Of a stretch of 64,000 nucleotides of DNA, positions 1-13,300 are shown one piece after another. This DNA comes from the human T2T-CHM13v2.0 reference genome, Homo sapiens. Every line of letters begins with the position of its first letter. The stretch's first letter is position 1. Position numbers and translations under genes: made by a program. The stretch lies in the NCBI RefSeq assembly GCF_009914755.1, contig NC_060935.1, one strand, 5' to 3'. The notes under the pieces were generated by a model. That model was not told where the DNA came from. It saw nothing but the letters and a program-made list of their open reading frames with translations, and searched no databases.

Positions 1-1322
1 AGTCATTTCTGGATAGTCTCAGGTTCTGATGAAGGATAAACCACCAGCCCCACAATGATAACTGCCATGTACTGCTGAGAACCTAGAAGCTGAGACTCAA
101 AAGAGATTAACTGACTTCTCCCAGGTCACATAATCAAGCAGAAACAGGATCAAACACCTGCACCTGCCAGGACCCCCAAACCCTGTGTGCACCCCCAAAC
201 CCTGATGCAACCATCAGAACTTCATCACAGCAATCCCTTTGTAACAACCTGCCAAGCTCCTGCTGCTGGAGGCACTGGACTCTGAAACCACATAGAAAGA
301 GACATTGGGCTTAAAGTGGCATCCTTACAGGACAAGGCTAGCACTTTCCCATCATTTCATCAAGATTGGGCAAAGGGCCTGGTCTCTTTGCAACTGGGAC
401 TCAGGGTGTGATGACAGACCTTCTGCCTCTAGAAGAATGCACTTAGCAGAAGACGGGCTTTCCCAATAGACTTAGAGTTTTGGAGGACTGTTATGGAATA
501 GAAAGAAGGGAGGGACTGTTCTGGATCAGCAAGATTGACCAAAGAAAGGTTGGCACGAGGAACAGCCTAGGAGAAAAGTAATCTGGTGTGACAGGAAAGG
601 TGAGAATGGAAGGAGAGAGGCAGAGATGGCTCAGACTCAAAGTTTGATGAGTGAGAACAGGATCCAGTGAGAAGAGCAGAGAGAAAGTCAAGGGGGATAT
701 GGGCTCGGGGAGGAGACTTGCATTTAGGAAAGAGTGGAGGGCATGAAAGTAGGAGGGGGCCCAGTGAAAGGTAGGAGTCTCAGAGCAGGTAGGGAGGAGG
801 CTATGAAAGAGGAGTCAGGGAGGCCCCATAAATGACCTAGTTACCATTTATTCAGATGGGCCCAAATACCACCTAGCTTCTGCAGGGCTCCAGGCCCTCT
901 CATCCTTGGATCTCCCAGTCATGACCCCTCCCCAGGCAGGTTCTTCTAACTACAGGTTTGTGGGCAATGCAAGCACAAAGGTAGCAAGGCCAGCCAGCTG
1001 CAACTTTTTAACTTTACCAATGCATCATAACTATTTTCCTGGTCAATAAATATAAATCTAATTCATCATTTTTCAATGTAACACATCACAGAAATACAAT
1101 AAAAGGCATGCTATATTTAACTACTCCCATGTTGACAGACATTTGCTATCTTGCACAATGCTGCAATAAGGATCTTTAAGATTATTCTTATCTACTAATT
1201 CTGTACAGTGGAGTTCCTAAACTGATTATTGGGCAAATTGAATGGTATATTGAGATTTTTCTTTAACCCATCTTTAATGTTTGTTTATTTATCATGTAAA
1301 GCAAAAGGGGAGATATTCTGCT

Positions 1323-1703
1323 TTGGTTAGGATATGGAATTAGCTATATATAACAAAAACCTCAAGTAACTGTGACTTACATAGATATAATTTTATTTAT
1401 CTTTCCACCTAACAGTCTGGAGGTGGTCATTCCAGGTGGGCACTAGTGGACACTAGTTTAGTAGTCTACGCTAGTAGGAAACCACTGTGTGAAACTATCC
1501 AAGAATCTAGCTTCCTCTTGCCCTAACATTGGTCTAAGATGACCCATTACCATCTTCCAGGCAGCAGGAGAGGGGAAAGGGAGAAGATGGGCACACTCTC
1601 TTCTTTTCAGGACACCCCTCGGAGGTTGCCTGTATCATTTCCACTCACAGCCCATTGGCCTGAACTTAGTCACATAATTCCGCCTATCTAAAAGGAAGGC
1701 TGG
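1323..1703 (-). mobile_element. Old MLT1-type MaLR LTR fragment, interrupted by the MST provirus and resuming near 4055
   Basis: Contains the cccattggcctgaacttagtcacat...ggaaggctgg motif typical of old MLT1 LTRs. Confidence 0.55.
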
Positions 1704-4054
1704 TGTGTTAGTCCGTTCTCAAACTGCTATAAAGAACTACCTGAGACTGGGTAATATATAAAGAAAAGAGGTTTAATCAACTCACAGTTCCACAGACTAT
1801 ATGGGAGGCATGACTGGGGAGGCCTCATGAAACTTACAATAATGGAAGAAGGGCAAGAGGGAAGCAGCAAAATCTTCACATGATGGCAGGAGAGAGAGAG
1901 CAAAGGGGGAAGTGCCACACACTTTTAAACAACCAGAGGCCTCATGAGAGCTCATTCACTGTCACAAGAACAGCAAGGGAGAAATTTGCCACCATGATCC
2001 AATCACCCCCCACCAGCCCCCTCCTGCAACACTAGGGATTACAATTCAGCATGAGATTTGGGTGGGAACACAAAGCAAAACCATATTTTTCCACCCCAAC
2101 CCCTCCCAAATCTCATGTCCTTGTCACATTTCAAAATCAATCATGCCTTCCCATCAGTCCCCACAAGTCCAAAGTCTTATCTGAGACAAGGCAAGTCCCT
2201 TCCACCTATGAGCCTGTAAAATCAAAAATGAGTTCATTACTTCCAAGATACAATGGGGATACAGTCATTGGGTAAGTGCTCCTGCTCCAAAAGATAGAAA
2301 TTGGCCAAAACAAAGGAGCTACAGGTCCCATGCAAGTCCAAAACCCAGCAGAGAAGTCATTAAATTTTAGAGCTCCAAAATAATCTCCTTTGACTCCATG
2401 TCTCACATCCAGGGCACACTAATGCAAGGGGTGGGCTCCCAAGGCCTTAGGCAGCTATGCTCATGTAACTCTGCAGGGCTCAGCTCCCACAGTTGCTCTC
2501 AAGAGTTGGCATTGAGTAGGCCTGTGGCTTTTCCAGGCACACAGTGCAAGCTGTTGGTGGATCTACCATTCTGGGATCTGGAGGACGGTGGCCATCTTCT
2601 CACAGCTCCACTAGGCAGTGCCCCAGTGGGGAAACAGTGTGGGAGCTCCAACTCCACATTTTCCTTCTGCACTGCCCTAGTAGAGGTTCTCCATGAAGAC
2701 GCTGCCCCTGCAGCAGACTTCTGTCTGGATATCCAGGCATTTCTATACATCCTCTGAAATCTAGGCAGAGGCTCTCAAACCTCAACTCTTGCCTTCTGTG
2801 CACCTGGAAGCCCAATGCCACACAGAAGCCACCAAGGCTTGGGGCTTGCACCCTCTAAAGCAATGGCCCATGCTATACTTTGGACCCTTTAGCCAAGGCT
2901 GGAGCTGGAGTGGCTGGGACACAGGGCATCATGTCCCAAGGCTGCACAGAGCAGTGGGGCCCTGGACCTGGTGCACAAAACCATTTTTCCCTCCTAGGCC
3001 TCCAGGCCTGTGATGGGAGGGGCTGCCATGAAGGTCTCTGAAGTGCCCTGGAGGCACTTTCCCCGTTGTCTTGGCTATTAACATTTGGCTTCTCTTTACT
3101 TATGCACATTTCTGCAGCAGGCTTGAATTTCTCCCAAGAAAATGGGTTTTTCTTTCCTACAACATGGTCAGGCTGAAAATTTTCCAAACTTTTATGCTCT
3201 GCTTCTCTTTTAAATATGCTCTGCTTCTCTTCTCATTTGCTTATGCAAATGAACATAGGCTTTTAGAAGCAGCCAGACCACCTCTTGAATGCTTTGATGC
3301 TTATTAATTTCTTTCAGCAGATACCCTAAATCATCTCAAGTTCACAGTTCCACAGATCCTTAGAGCAAGGGCACAATGCTGCCAGTCTCTTTCTAAAGCA
3401 TAGCAACAGTGACCTTTGCTTCACTTCCCAGTAAGTCCCTCATCTCCATCAGAGACCATCTCAGCCTGGACTTCGTTGTCCATATAACTATCAGCATTGT
3501 GGTCAAAACCAATCAACAAGTCTCTAAGAAGTTCCAAACTTTCCCTCATCTTCCTGTCTTCTTCTGAGCCCTCCAAAGTGTTCCAATCTCTGTCTGTTAC
3601 CCAGTTTCAAAATTGCTTCCACATTTTCAGGTATCTTTATAATAATGCCCCAATTCTCCTGGTATGAGTTTTCTGTGTTAGTCAGTTCTCACACAGCTAT
3701 AAAGAACTACCTCAGACTAGGTAATTTATAAAGAAAAGAGTTTTAATAGACTCACAGTTCCACAGGCTATACAGGAGGCATGGTTCGGGAGGCCTCAGGA
3801 AGCTTACAATCATGGCAGAAGGGTGGAGGATAAATGAGCATGTCTTCGCATTGCGGCAGGAGAGAGAGAGCAAAGGGAGAAGTGCTGCACACTTTTAAAC
3901 AACCAGATTTCGTGGGAACTCACTCATGATCATGGGAACAGCAGTGGGAAATCTGCCTCATGAGCCAATCACCTCCCACCAGGTCCCTCCCCCAAGACTG
4001 AGGATTACAGTTCAACATGAGATTTGGCTGGGGACACAGAGCCAAACCATATTA
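1704..4054 (-). mobile_element. Full-length MSTA/MSTB-like MaLR provirus: LTR 1704-2088, internal 2089-3673, LTR 3674-4054
   Basis: Two similar LTRs (tgtgttagtc...aaaccatat), MST-int sequence between them, 5 bp TSD GCTGG at 1699-1703 and 4055-4059. Confidence 0.9.
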
Positions 4055-4789
4055 GCTGGAAAAAATAATAATACTTATTCTGGATGGCTAGCACCAGGAT
4101 GGCCAAGGAGAGATTAGATAATGAGAAACTCTATGATAAGATCTTCCAAAATAATAGTCAATTATACTAGCAACACATAAACCACTTCCCATTGAATTAA
4201 AATGCCATCCTTGCCTTTGCTAAGTTCCACATATAATTACATTCATTTAAGAACACTAATTTTTCTTGCAATATTGGTCACTGCAAGGAAAATCTGTGTG
4301 TTTTTGCTTTGTAAGATTTGTGTGTTTTTGCTTTGCAAGCCCAGCACTAGGTTTTGGGAAATGACTGTATTGTGAAAGGAAATCAGAATTCTTTCTGAGC
4401 CTCTTTCATTGTCCCTAATATAATGACTTCCAGAAAATTGTGTATCTGGAATCAAAGAGATTTAACAGCAAGACTCCAGGTTTTCAAAATATAATCGCTT
4501 TTTAAATGCTCATGTTTTAAAATGTTCAGTTCTTTGGATTAAATGTTCAGTTCTTTGGATGAAAGATGCTATATTCCCTCGGTGTAAATGAATAAAAAGA
4601 TTATAAAAAGAAACCCACTAATCTGTCCCACTATTATACTAAAACAACTTGGTAATAATTAACTGGTATTATTGTATTATTCTATAATTGATTATTAGTA
4701 ATTTACCTTTTAACTACTTGATTGAAGATTAACTTGACCTGTAAAACGAACCTAAACAGTCAGACTTACTTTTTCAAAACTGGTTTGTC

Positions 4790-4928
4790 ACCCAGGTGCA
4801 GTGGCTCACACCTATAATGCCAGCACTTAGGGAGGCCAAGGCAGAAGGATCAATTCAGTTCAGGAGTTTGAGACCATCCTGGGCAAGATAGGGAGACCTC
4901 ATCTCTATTTAAAAAAAAAAATTAAAAT
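4790..4928 (+). mobile_element. AluJ left arm (right arm displaced to 20361-20528 by the L1 insertion)
   Basis: Left monomer ending in the A-rich linker; flank AAAACTGGTTTGTC (4776-4789) recurs as AAAATTGGTTTTGTC (20529-20543). Confidence 0.8.
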
Positions 4929-7900
4929 CAGGGAAAATGGAAGCTAGGAGACAGAGCTAATGTGCAGCTCCCACATGGATGGACAGAACAGCATGTGGAG
5001 ACTCACACCATGATCTTTTGCTCTAAGAACCATGGCAGGAACATACCAGGAAAAGCGAAAAAATTCACAGAGCCTTTGAAAGAAGCAGCACGCCAATGCA
5101 AATTTCATGAAACAGGCAAAAAAACTGTGAGTTCCCAAAGTGTGAGAAAGGGAAAACTTACCTCTGAATACACATCCCCACTGGGGAATCCGAAAATCCA
5201 GATCACAGGAGAAGAATTTAACCTTACCTAGAGATTAAATGGATTTAGGGATTCACACAAAGTAGAAAAGTAGAAGTAGCATTGGGAAGTGCCTTGGATG
5301 TACTCCAAGTCTCCAGCTCAACCCCAGGGAAGCCATCCCTGAGTATATCTTACAGAGGCCCTCAAGGAAGGCAGCCAGTGGAATTGGGGAAGGGCCACAG
5401 GGTGAAGAAACCTCCCAAGTGAAATTGGTAGTGGTTTCAACTGGGCACAAATTTTCTTGAGTGGAGTCCAGGTGATGAGTGGGAGGTGTTGTGGATACAA
5501 GGTGCTGCCAATGAAGTAGGCAGATGGAGAGAGGCGAGGTCTGAAAGCCGTGCTTGCTTTCTCAGTGGGGTAAGCTCACAGCCTGGGGCAAGGTCTGAAT
5601 GGTCCACTGCAGAAGAGAGGCTGGCCTGACCAATGGTGTGGGAGCTGGGTCAGGCCTCTTGCTACCAGCTATCTCCTACTACCCTGGCAAACTATATGAT
5701 ACAGTGGAGGTAGCCAAAATCCTCTTGGGAACATAACCCCATTGGCCTGAGAACTATCCTCCATCACTCACAGTGGCTGCAGCAAGCCCCACCCAAGGAG
5801 AATCTGAGCCTAGACCCTCTTAACTCTGCCCCAACCTGATGGTATTTTCCTACTTGCCCTGGTAGTTGAACACAAAACTTAGAAACTCTTGGGAGCTTTA
5901 TGGCCCTGCCAATCACCTGAGTATCCAAAATACTTACCCTGACCATCTTAGGGCAAGCTTAGAGCCCCCTACGACTACTGCAGCTGGTGCTCTCTTGAAA
6001 GCACCATCTCCTGGCTAGAGGCCAACCAACTCAGGCCACCACAGTAACTCATGACAGAATAACCCTGATCCCAGGAAGGAAAAGACAACACCTAATTCCA
6101 CTTCCTGAAACATCCTGGCTAACCAAAGGTCCTGTGTGTGTTCATGTGACAACTTTACCACTAGTGTAACCAGCATTACAGAAAGCCAGCACACTAAACA
6201 TATCTACAACCAAGGACTTTCATAGAGTCTACCTCACTCCCCTGCCACCTCCACCAGAGAAGGTGCTGCGATCCAAGGATGGGAGACCTGAAGAAAGACC
6301 ACATCACAGAACTCTGCAGACATTCCCCAGCACCAGCACATAGCCTGGTAGCTCCACTGGGTGGCTAGGCCTAGAAGAGCAGTAAGAATCACTATAGTCC
6401 AGCTCTTAGGAAGCCCCAGTCCTAGGGGAAAGGGAAGAGCACCACATCTAAGGATCACACCATGGGATAAGAGAATCTGAACAGCAGGCCTTGAGTTTCA
6501 GATTTCTTCACTGAAATAGTCTACCCAAATGAGAAAAGAACAGAAAAGCAATTCTGGTAATATGACAAAACAGGGCTCTATAATACCCCCAATGATCACA
6601 CCAGCTCCCCAGCAATGGATGCAAGCCAAGAAGAAATCTCTGAATTGCCAGATAAAGAACTCAGAAGGGTGATTATTAAGCTACTCAAGGAAATGCCAGA
6701 GAAAGGTGAAAACCAACTTAAAGAAATTTAAAAAGCAATACAGGATATGAATGAAAAATTCTCCAGAGAAATGATGTCACAATGAAAAAAATCACTTCTG
6801 GAAATGAAAGATACACTTAAAGAAACACAAAATGCATTGGAAAGGTCAACAATAGACTAGAGCAAGTAGAAGAAAGAACTTCAGACCTCAAAGACAAGGC
6901 TTCTGAATTAACCCAATCAGACGAAGACAAAGAAAAAAAGAAGTTAAAAATGAACAAACCCTCCAAACAGCTAAACCTAAGAATAACTGATGTTCCTGAG
7001 GAAGAAGTGAAATCTAAAAATCTGGAAAACTTGTTTGAGGGAATAATTGAGAAAACTTCCCTGGTCTTGCTAGAGATCTAGGCATCCAAATACAAGAAGC
7101 TCAAGGAACACCTGGGAAATTCATCACAAAAAGATCATCACCTAAGCACATAATCATCAGGTTGTCTAAAGTCAAGAATGTTAAGGAAAGGATCTTACGA
7201 GCTGTGAGGCAAAAGTATTAGGTAGCCTGTGTAGGAAAACTTTTCAGACTTCTCAGCAGAAACCTGATAAGCCAGAAGGTACTGGGGACCCATCTTTAGC
7301 CTCCTGAAACAAAATAATTTTCAGCCAAGAATTTTGTATTCAGTAAAACTAAGCTTCATAAATGAAGGAAAGATAAAGTCTTTTTTCAGACAAACAAATG
7401 CTGACAGAATTTGTCACCACTAAACCAGCACTACAAGAAATGCTTAAATGAGCTCTAAATCTTAAAACAAAAGCTCAAAATACACCAAAATATTAATAGA
7501 ACCTCCTTAAATCATAAATCTCACAGGGCCTATAAAACAATAATACAGTGGGGAAAAAAACAAGGTATTAAGGCAACAACTAATACGATGAATAGAACAT
7601 CAGTACCTCACATCTCAATACTAACATTGAATGTAAATGGCCCAAATGCTCCACTTAGAAGATACAGAATGGCAGAATGGATAAAAATACACCAACCAAC
7701 TATCTGCTGCCTTCAAGAGACTCACCTAACACATAAAAACTCACATAAACTTAAGGTAAAGGGATGGAAAAAGACGTTTTACATCAATGGAATCCAAAAG
7801 GGAGCAGGAGTAGCTATTCTTGTATCAGACAAAACAGACTTTAAAGTAACAACAGTTTAAAAAGACAAAGAAGGACATTATATAATGATAAAAGGCCTTG

Positions 7901-8968
7901 TCCAACAGGAAAATACCACAATCCTAACTATATATGCATCTAACACTGGAGCTCCCAAATTTATAAAACAATTACTACTAGACCTAAAAAACAAGACAGA
8001 CAGCAACACAATAATAGTGGGGGACTTCAGTACTCCACTGACAACACTAGACAGGTCGTCAAGACCAAAAGTCAACAAAGAAACAATGGACTTAAGTCCA
8101 TTTGCACCAAGGTATAGTTTAACAGATATTTACAGAACATTCTATCCAACAACTGCAGAATATACATTCTTTTCTTCAGCACATGGAACATTCTCCAAGA
8201 TAGACCATATAATAGGTCACAAAACAAGTCTCAGTAAGTTTTTAAAAATCAAAATTATATCAAGTATCCTCTCAGACCACAGTGGAATAAAACTGAAAAC
8301 TCCAAAAAGAACCCTCAAAAGTATAAAAAATACATGTAAATTAAATAATCTGCTCTTGAATTATCTTTGGGTCAACAGTAAAATCAAGATGGAAATTTAA
8401 AAATTATTTGAGCTGAATAATAGTGACACAACTTTTCAAAACCTCTGGGATACAGCAAAAGTGTTGCTAAGAGAAAAGTTCAGAGCATTAAACACCTACA
8501 TCAAAAATGATGAAAGAATGCAAATAGACAATCTAAGGTCACACTTCAAAGAACTAGAGAAACAAGAACAAACAAAAAAAAACTCAGCAGAAGAAAAGAA
8601 ATAACAAAGATGGGAGAACTAAATGAAATTTAAACTAAAAAAAATAAATGGAACAAAAAGCTGGTTCTTTGAAAAGAGAAACAAAACTGCTAGAACATGA
8701 GCAAGATTAACCAAGAAAATAAGAGAGAAAAAATCCAAACAAGCTCAATTAGAAATAAAATGAGAGATATTACAACTGATACCACAGAAATATGAAAGAC
8801 CATTTAAGGCTACTATGAACACCTTTACACACACAAACTAGAAAATCTAGTGGAGATGGATAAACTCCTGGAAATATACCACCCTCCTAGGTTAAATCAG
8901 GAAGAAATAGAACTCTGAACAGGCCAATTACAAGTAGCAAGATTGAAACACTAATTTTAAAATTGCCA

Positions 8969-9267
8969 TACAGGCATGGTGGCTCACAACTGTAATCTCA
9001 GCACTTTGGGAGGCCGAGGCAGGTGGATCACCTGAGGTCAGGAGTTCGAGACCAGCCTGACCAAAATGGTGAAACCCCATCTCTACTAAAAATACAAAAA
9101 ATTAGCCTGGTATGGTGGCAAGCACCTGTAATCCCAGTTACTCAGTAGGCTGTGGCAGGAGAATCCCTTGAACTCAGGAGGCAGACATTGCAGTGAGCCA
9201 AGGTCACACCATCGCACTCCAGCCTAGGCAACAAGAGCGAAACTCCGTCTCAAAAAAAAAAAAAAAA
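8969..9267 (+). mobile_element. AluS in the outer L1
   Basis: Dimeric Alu with poly(A); TSD AAAATTGCCA. Confidence 0.9.
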
Positions 9268-9277
9268 TTGCCAACAA

Positions 9278-10368
9278 AGTCAGGTGTGGTGGCTCACAGT
9301 AATCCCAACACTCTGGGAGGCCGAGGTGGGTGGCTCACTAGGTCAAGAGTTCAAGACCAGCCTGGCCAACATGGTGAAACACAGTCTCTACTAAAAATAC
9401 AAAAAAAATAGCTGGGTGTGGTGGCACGCACCTATAATCCCAAGTATTTGGGAGGCCGAGGCAGGAGAATTGCTTGAACCCAGGAGGCAGATGTCACAGT
9501 GAGCCAAGATCGTGCCACACTGTGTCCAGAATTGGTTCTTTCCGCTGGGTTCTTGGTCTCACTGACGTCAAGAATGAAGGCGCGGACCCTCATGGTGAGT
9601 GCTACAGTTCTTAAAGATGGTGTGTCCGGAGTTTGTTCCTTCAGATCTTCAGATGTGTCTGGAGTTTCTTCCTTCCAGTGGGTTTGCGGTCTTGCCAACT
9701 TCAGGAGTGAAGCCGCAGACCTTCGCGATGAGTGTTACAGCTCTTAAAGGTGGTGCGACTGGAGTTTTTTGTTCCTCCTGGTGGGTTCATGGTCTCACTG
9801 ACTTCAGGAGTGAAGCTGCAGACCTTCGTAGTGAGTGTTACAGCTCATAAAGGTGGTGCATCCGGAGTTACTTGTTCCTCCCGGTGGGTTCATGGTCTTG
9901 CTGACTTCAGGAGTGAAGCACAGACCTTCGCAGTGAGTGTTACAGCTCATAAAGGTAGTGTGGCCCCAAAGAGTGAGCAGCAGCAAGATTTATTGTGAAG
10001 AGCGAAAGAACAAAGCTTCCACAGCATAGAAGGGGACCTGAGCGGGTTGCCGCTGCTGGCTTGGGTGGCCAGCTTTTATTCCCTTATTTGGCCCCACTCA
10101 CTTCCTGCTGATTGGTCCATTTTACAGAGTGCTGATTGGTCCATTTTACAGAGTGCTGATCAGTCTGTTTTTACAGAGTGCTGATTGGTGCGTTTACAAA
10201 CATTTAGCTAGACACAGAGCGCTGATTGGTGCATTTACAAACCTTTAGCTAGACAGAAAAGTTCTCCAAGGCCCCACCCGACCCAGGAGCCCAGACAGCT
10301 TCACCTCTCAACAGCACTCCAGCCTGGGTGACAGAGCAAGACTCCATCTCGAAAAAAAAAAAAAAAAA
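9278..10368 (+). mobile_element. AluS split by LTR12 (pieces 9278-9520 and 10311-10368)
   Basis: Alu breaks at gatcgtgccacac and resumes acagcactccagcctggg plus poly(A). Confidence 0.88.
9521..10310 (-). mobile_element. Solo LTR12 (ERV9)
   Basis: Termini tgtgtcc(a)gaattgg...cttcacctctca; gctgattggt repeats and ~80 bp U5 repeats; imperfect 4 bp TSD ACAC/ACAG. Confidence 0.92.
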
Positions 10369-13300
10369 TGCCAATGAAAAAAGTCCAGGATCAGATGGAT
10401 TCACAGTTGAATTCTATCAGACATTCAAAGCAGAATTGGTATCAATCTTACTGAAAATATTCCAAAAGATAGAGAAAGAGGGAATACTCCCTAAATCATT
10501 CTATGAAGTCAGTATCACCCTAATTCCAAAACCAGTTAAGGATATAACAAACAAACAAAAAAGAAAGAAAAGAAAACTATAGACCAATATCCCTGATGAA
10601 CATAGATGCAAAAATCCTCAACAAAATAGTAGCTAACCGAATCCAACAGCATTATCAAAAAGATAATACAGGGGGATTTTGGGATCATGGCAGATGGGGG
10701 GCAGGACTAGATTGCAGCTCCAAACAAGGCAGCATGCAGAGGCTTGCATTGTGAATTTTAGCCCAGATTGACTGCAAGAAAAAAACAGCAATCCTTAGAA
10801 GACCCAAAGACCCTCTGAAGGAAGCAGACTGCTCCTGTGGGAGCCAGGAGACACCCTAAATACTGTGAGTGCCCCAACTGCATAAGTGAGAAGGGAGATT
10901 CTCCTTTCCCAAACACACACCCCCACTAGAGAAGATGAAGGTCTGTTTGCAAGAGAAGTTTCCAACTTTACCTGGAGCTGAGTCAAGTTAGAGAGCTGAG
11001 CGAAATACAGGGGTACAGGAAGCACCAGAAAGGCGCTGGGAGCTCACTAGGTCCCCAAGCAGCCCATTCCTGCCTGACACCACAGGGATCCATCGGGAGG
11101 GTGGCCAGAGGAGCAGGCGGTTAAACTCCACAAGGAGAAGGAAATCTCTAGCTGAACTTTGTAACAATTTGAAAGGGGTGAGAAGCCTCCTAGCCAGAAC
11201 TTGTGGGAGGGCATGAATCTGGTGCACAGACTTCACAGGCAAGGGGAAGAACTAAAGCCATTTTCTTTCACAGCTGGGAGGCACAAAGCCTCCAGTAAGT
11301 TTTCAAGTCCATCCCGCCCTCTGCCTGGAAACAGACTCAGGGCTGTTGTGGGAGGCACAGTAGGAATGAGAGTGGCCCTTCGGTTTATATGGGAGCTGGG
11401 TGAGACCTGTGACTGCTGGCTTTCCCCCACTTCCCTGACAACCTGCATGACTCAGCAGAGGCAGCCATAATCCTCCTAGGTACACAGCTCCAATGACCTG
11501 GGAATCTCACTCCCATCCCCCACAGCAGCCACAGCAAGACCCGCCCAAGGAGAGTCTCAGCTCATCACACCAAGCCTCGCCTCCACCTGATAGTCCTTCC
11601 CAATCCACCCTAGTAGCAGAAGACAAAGAGAATTTAATCTTGGGACTTCTAGGGTCCCACCCACCACCAGTCCCTCTCCACACTACTACAGCTGATGCTT
11701 TCTGGAAAATGCCACCTCCTGGCAGGAGGCCAACCAGCACAAAAATAGAGCATTAAACCATCAAAACTAAGGACCCTAACGGAGTCCATTGCATCCTCCA
11801 CCACCTCCACTGCAACAGGCGCTGGTATCTGCAGCTGAGAGACCTATAGACAGTTCACATCACAGGACTGTGTGCAGACAACACCCAGTACCAGCTTGGA
11901 ACTGGGCAGACTCGCTGGGTGGCTAGACTCAGAAGAGAAACAACAATTACTGCAGTTTGGCTCACAGGAAGCCACATCCACAGGAAAAGGGGGTGAGCAC
12001 TACATCAAGAGAACACCCCATGGGACAAAAAAATCTGAACAACAGCCTTCAGCCCTAGACCTTCCCTCTGACAGAGCCTACCCAAATGAGAAGGAACCAG
12101 AAAACCAACCCTGGTAATATGACAAAACAAGGTGCTTTGACACCCCCCAAATATCACAGTAGTTCACCAGTAATGGATCCAAACCAAGAAGAAATCCCTG
12201 ATTTACCTGAAAAAGAACTCAGGAAGTTAGTTATTAAGCTAATCAGAGAGGGACCAGAGAAAGGCAAATCCCAGTACAAGGATATCCAAAATATGATACA
12301 AGAAGTGAAGGGAGAAATATTCAAGGAAATAAAGAAAAAAACAGTCAAAAATTCAGGAAATTTTGGACACACTTTTAGAAATGTGAAATGCTCTGGAAAG
12401 TTTCAGCAATAGAATTGAACAAGTAGAAGAAAGAAATTCAGAACTCAAAGACAAGGTCTTTGAATTAACCCAATCCATCAAAGTCAAAGAAGAAAGAGTA
12501 AGAAAATATGAACAAAGCCTCCAAGAAGTATGAGATTATGTTAAACAACCAAACCTAAGAATAACCAGTGCTCCTGAGGAAGAAGACAATTCTAAAAGCT
12601 TGGAAAGCTTATTTACGGGAATAATCAAGGAAAACTTCCCCAGCCTTGCTAAAGACCTAGACGTGCAAATACAAGAAGCACAAAAAACACCAGGGAAATT
12701 CATCGCAAAAACATCTTTATCTAGGCATATTTTCATCAGGTTATCCAAAGTTAAGACAAAGGAAAGAATCTTAAGAGCTGTGAGACAGATGCACCAGGTT
12801 ACCTATTAAGGAAAACCTATCAGATTAACAGCAGATTTCTCAGAAGAAACCCTACAAGCTAGAAGGGATTGGGACCCTATCTTCGGCCTCCTCAAACAAA
12901 ACGATTGCCAAGAATTTTGTAGCCAGCAAAACTAATCATCATATATGAAGAAAAGATATAGTCATTTTCAGACAAATGTTGAGAGAATTCGCCATTACCA
13001 AACCACCACTATATGAACTGCTAAAAGAAGCTCTAAACCTCAAAACAAATCCTGGAAACACATCAAAACAGAACCTCTTTAAAGCATAAATCACGCAGGA
13101 CCTAAAAAAACAAAAATACAAGCTAAAAAGCAAAAACAAAGTACTGAAGCAACAAAGAGCATGATGAATGCAACGGTACCTCACATTTCAATACTAACAT
13201 TGAATGTAAATGGCCTATGTACTCCACTTAAAAAATACAGAACCACGGAATGGATAGGAACTCACCAACCTTCTGCTGCCTTCAGGAGACTCACCTAAAG

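Noticed and set aside
1441-1478. CTAG-rich quasi-palindromic patch
   Set aside because: Too short and degenerate to tell from chance.
4295-4560. Short tandem duplications (tgtgtgtttttgctttg twice; aaatgttcagttctttggat twice)
   Set aside because: Ordinary slippage duplications with no sign of function.
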